Assembly (NCBI GenBank): GCA_032718475.1
Contig: JAUCBJ010000637.1
Location: 1-39,313, forward strand
Reading direction: 5' to 3'
Source of the DNA: Nemertoderma westbladi
Lineage: Eukaryota; Animalia; Xenacoelomorpha
Length of the DNA stretch: 39,313 nt
Below the pieces are notes generated by a model. That model saw only the letters and a program-made list of their open reading frames with translations. It searched no databases and had not been told where the DNA came from. This document shows, piece by piece, positions 35,256 through 39,313 of the stretch; positions within the stretch are counted from its first letter, which is position 1, and every line of letters begins with the position of its first letter. Made by a program: the position numbers and the translations under genes.

Positions 35256-35350
35256 TAAGTCTAATATCTAGTGAAATTTAACCAATAGAAAATGACACGT
35301 ATCGTAAACTGCTTAATTGTTTCTGGAAGCCTAACTCATTAATTCCCCAG

Positions 35351-36166
35351 AGCAACGCGTCCCAGAAGAAAGTCGGAGTGATCGCACTTAAACGGTTCAT
35401 CGTGAAACTAATAAAAGGGAACGAGCAATTCGATATGATGATGGAACAGGACGCTCACGAGTTCCTCAACTACCTCCTCAACACCCTCTCAGACATCCTA
35501 GTCAGCGAGGAATCCGCTAAAGGGAAGCGGTTAGGGGATAAAGAGGTGGTGGAATCAACCTGGGTGCAGGAGATATTCCAGGGAAGTCTGACGAACGAGA
35601 CCCGTTGTCTCGGCTGCGAGTGCGTCAGCATCAAGGAAGAGGACTTCCTAGACCTCTCGGTGGACGTCCAACAGAACACCTCCATCACCCACTGCCTACA
35701 AGTATTCAGCGATACGGAGACCCTCAGTGCCGAACACAAATACTACTGCGAGAACTGTTGCAGCAAACAAGAAGCCCAGAAACGCATGCGAATAAAACGT
35801 TTACCTTTAGTACTAGCCGTACATCTAAAGAGGTTTAAGTACATGGAGGAACTGCACCGGTACACTAAACTCCATTGCCGGGTTGTGTTTCCATTGGAGT
35901 TGCGACTGTTCAACACTTCGGACGACGCATCTGATCCATACAAACTCTATGATCTGATCGCGGTGGTGGTGCACTCGGGCTCTGGGTCTACCGGTCACTA
36001 CGTCGCCATCGTAAACAGCGATGACGTCTGGTTGCTATTCGACGACCACGCGGTTGAACAGTTCGATTCCTCCGTCATTAAGGAATGCTACGGATTGACT
36101 TCCAACGAGTCAACGATCTCCAACACCGCTTATATTCTTTTGTACCATGCTAAAGATACCCCATAG
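35351..36166 (+). CDS. USP46: USP12/USP46-like ubiquitin-specific protease, coding exon 2 (spliced product 344 aa)
   Basis: Acceptor ttccccag, phase 0. Encodes [60 protein letters not shown], the His box [12 protein letters not shown] and WLLFDD, then TAG. No disabling mutation seen. Confidence 0.93.
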   Translation, partial: SNASQKKVGVIALKRFIVKLIKGNEQFDMMMEQDAHEFLNYLLNTLSDILVSEESAKGKRLGDKEVVESTWVQEIFQGSLTNETRCLGCECVSIKEEDFLDLSVDVQQNTSITHCLQVFSDTETLSAEHKYYCENCCSKQEAQKRMRIKRLPLVLAVHLKRFKYMEELHRYTKLHCRVVFPLELRLFNTSDDASDPYKLYDLIAVVVHSGSGSTGHYVAIVNSDDVWLLFDDHAVEQFDSSVIKECYGLTSNESTISNTAYILLYHAKDTP

Positions 36167-37012
36167 TATTACTTTGGGGAGGGGGGGGGGAATTTTCATT
36201 TTTGCTATTTAATTCTTCTTGACTTCCCTTACTTTAGAATTATAAATACATACGAACATTAGCGGCGGCATCTAAAGGACCATTTTCTTTGAGTTTCAAT
36301 TTGTAATCCATCGCCGCGCGGCTATATATTTGGCTCTATTTGGTTTAGTACTCGTCCGTTTACTCGAAATGTTGAAAAAATATTTAAAATGTAAATGAAA
36401 ATGTTGGAAAGTTGAGATATGCAATGAAATTATAAATTTGTATTCGTTTCATTTCGTTACCTTTAATTTAATTTTATATATCCCTCAATGATCGATTTTT
36501 TTCCTTCTTGTGATAATCAACTTGTTTCTTTAATTAATTTCACTCTGATTGTATGAAATATTCGTATAATATACTACTTTATATTTTAATGTATTACTGT
36601 ATTATTCATTTACGTTTACGGTATGATTCCAAAGTACTTTATGATCTGATCATCGTACTTTATTTCCACTGACTTTCTACGTTCGTTCGTGCAACAATGT
36701 CTTAGATTAGCAAACTGTAAATTGCCAAAATGGATTAATTTCCAATGACTTCACATTATTTTACATTTCCACATGTAAATGGTAATGAGTTGCCTAGTCA
36801 AACGCGTTGTAGTTCAGGTTCATTATAAATCTGATATGTATAATTCGGTAGACGACGATATATGTACATAAATTATAAAACATCATCTACTGTTTATAAT
36901 AATTAACAAAAATACGTAAAAAATGTCAGTGCAGTGGCACAAAATGGACAAACAGTCAGACAGACCCACATATGATTAGGACCAGCACTCATAGCAACTC
37001 AGCACTTCACTG

Positions 37013-38860
37013 CCCCCCCCCCCCCTCCGCACGCGCAGTCCTGCTCCGTAAACTAAACCAAGCGACCGCCATGAACGTCTGCTGCCATGGATACAGACAG
37101 GCAACTAGCCTGGCGGAGCGCAAATAGTAGGCGCCTCCTCACACCTCCTAACACACAAGCGAGGTCTCTCTCCCGCCTCACGAGGTGCTTTGCAACAAGA
37201 AACTCTGCTTGATGAGGATCTGGGTCTAGCGGCACCAGACCCCATCGACTGTTCAAATTAAGGTAGTGAAGGACATTCTTCTATCTTCGCATAAAGTGCG
37301 GTAGTGCATCCTTGTGCTATGACACAGATGGAGTGGTTGGCTTAGTTATGAGGTGGTGTCAGCATTTATACCTGCGACATCGAACAACACCACCCATTGA
37401 GCTCTCCAAAACCCTCGTGTCAGCCCGCCACGACTTTGGCTTTACCACCAACCAAGTTGCTCTTGGTTAGCTCGGGATTGTACCCGAATGCCCGACCGGG
37501 CTACAGCATGCTATCCGACCATTGCCGCAGTCTTGTGACTTGCCCTACTGCAGTCTGCAGATACATAATCCATATAGCGCATTGGCCGTGGCTGGTTGGT
37601 GGACGGGAGGAAATCCCATTGCTGGCTGTTGCTTTTGTGGCGTCGAAGCAGGACGGAGAACTTGGCGGCATGCCACACTTGCGGTTTGCAATAGAGTTTT
37701 CCAATGGTATTTCTACTTTAGGCTCTGTTTGTTGCAGCTGGCCAACAAATGGCAACATTACACAGCCGCACCCCATCAAAGTCAAATGATTGTCTTGAGT
37801 CCAGTCCCCCTGCTTAACTGTGGCTCATTGCTTCCATCGAGGAAGAAGGCAGTGTGCCCGTCGTTATATGCGTTGGAGGGAATTTAGAGGCTCGATACCA
37901 CAAAACTCGACAGTTCCACAGGGATACGGGCGGCTCACTGAGTTGAAGGCGAAGATAACCGACATGACATGACCGGCCCCTTGATCCCCGCTTTTATCCC
38001 GGAGACTGCTTTATCCTGGTCTGTTCTAATCTGCTGAATGGGTTTGCCAGTAACTGATAGTGGACCTCGCCGGTCCCAACCTGCAGAACATCTGGCCTCT
38101 TGTAGAGCACTATGAAACGGCAGACCTGAAGCGCCTGAATCTGCATCCGAATCTGGGACCATCACTGTTTTTGAAAGCCTTTGGGCCAAAACAGCGACTG
38201 CCACTCGTAGTCATGCACTGTGTGCCTCATAGCGAGTCAGGAGTGCACTCCACACTTCAGCATCCTGATCTCCTCAATGGGAGGGAATTCAGCGCAGGAT
38301 CCAAAGGCCTCGGTTGACACTGCCATCTGAGGAGGTTGTTTGCTCTCCAGGACATCACGCTCGGTAAGGCCTGGTGACTGCCCCTCGGCCTGGGCATCTG
38401 GGTCGAAGTCCTTGCCATACTCTTTGTCTGTCACCAATTGAACAGTAGACCTATTCGTAGAACAGTTGAATGAGCGGGCCGTGTTCTCGGAGAACAACCT
38501 AAAACCGATGACGAACTTCATCCTTCACTTCTCTGATTCGGCAAGTACTGTAGTTCATCAAAGGAATCAAAGGGCTGTCGTGGAGGGTGATGGCGACTAG
38601 GGTGTCGATATGGCAAGGCTGGAACCTGGTGCGTTGGAGGTCTGAGTAGGCTCTACGAGAGAGCTGAACTGCGGCGTCGAGGCCAACTTATTCGCGCAGA
38701 CTGGCAGGGAGGAACTACGGGGATTCCTACATGTTCCTGTAGATCGGTATACAGTTCTGCCATGCCTGATTTGCACTGACACAACCGTAACGACTCGTGG
38801 GGTTGCAACCGTGAGTACCGCATCCACAGCAGTGTTGCGATCTCGGCACCATACTATATT
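37013..38860 (-). mobile_element. GC-rich insertion, probably a decayed transposon fragment of uncertain class
   Basis: Abrupt shift to about half G+C inside an AT-rich intron, bounded on the left by a C-run, with several short broken ORFs and no firm motif. Strand is tentative. Confidence 0.35.
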
Positions 38861-39216
38861 TGTGAGACATCAGTAAACAGGGCGATAATTGGCAGAAATC
38901 AATAAAAATAAATAATAATTAAAAGCAGTTTGCAGTTTTTTTTATAGTAGCCACACATCCATTATTGTGATATGTTGTCCACTAAATTTGTAATGTGCAG
39001 CGGTATTGTACAATTTCTGAAAAATATAAACGGTAATTTGAAATAATGGGAAATAACTTTACTTTATATTGCTTCATTAAATAAATTTAATTAAAACAAT
39101 AACAAACTAATTTACATAAAGTAATCCTCAGTTACTCTGTCACTGTCCATCGCAATTAATATCTAATTCAGTATTAAACTTTGTTTTTTATTATTATTCC
39201 GTTGATTCTCTTACAG

Positions 39217-39310
39217 CGGAGACGATTATGACGACGACGAAATATCCCTGAGCGACGAAGAATTGCGGCCTCTAACCCCCGGAGAGATAAAATCCCGGAT
39301 CCAGAAAAGG
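39217..39310 (+). CDS. ODAD1: ODAD1/CCDC63-family exon F (may run off the window)
   Basis: Acceptor ctcttacag, phase 2 matching exon E. Encodes GDDYDDDEISLSDEELRPLTPGEIKSRIQKR, an acidic patch plus the RPLT..E motif typical of this family's C-terminus. The final gtt is either a donor or a Val codon. Confidence 0.82.
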
Positions 39311-39313
39311 GTT

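Noticed and set aside
35470-35943. Short alternative-frame and antisense ORFs over USP exon 2 (similar ones lie over the LINE and exon B)
   Set aside because: They are shadows of real coding sequence with no independent motifs.

Overview
AT-rich eukaryotic (probably animal) genomic DNA. The backbone is the 3' part of a + strand outer-dynein-arm docking complex gene of the ODAD1/CCDC114/CCDC63 family: six exons (5152-39310) that splice in frame with canonical GT-AG sites. Its introns are inflated by tandem arrays of 30, 14, 52 and 67 bp. The 30-bp and 67-bp arrays start inside an exon, and their unit is the exon 3' end plus the 5' splice site, giving about 217 and about 38 donor-like copies. 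The last intron holds an intact two-exon, same-strand USP12/USP46-like deubiquitinase gene preceded by two RFX X-box motifs. Mobile elements include an APE+RT LINE truncated at both ends inside a 12-bp minisatellite, a solo LTR with a 5-bp TSD, L2 and RTE fragments and a MITE. A head-to-head SMART/PacBio low-input adapter pair at 778-830 marks a library chimera, so bases 1-777 may not be contiguous with the rest. The very long repetitive ORFs are best explained as by-products of the arrays. No rRNA, tRNA or CRISPR features were recognised.
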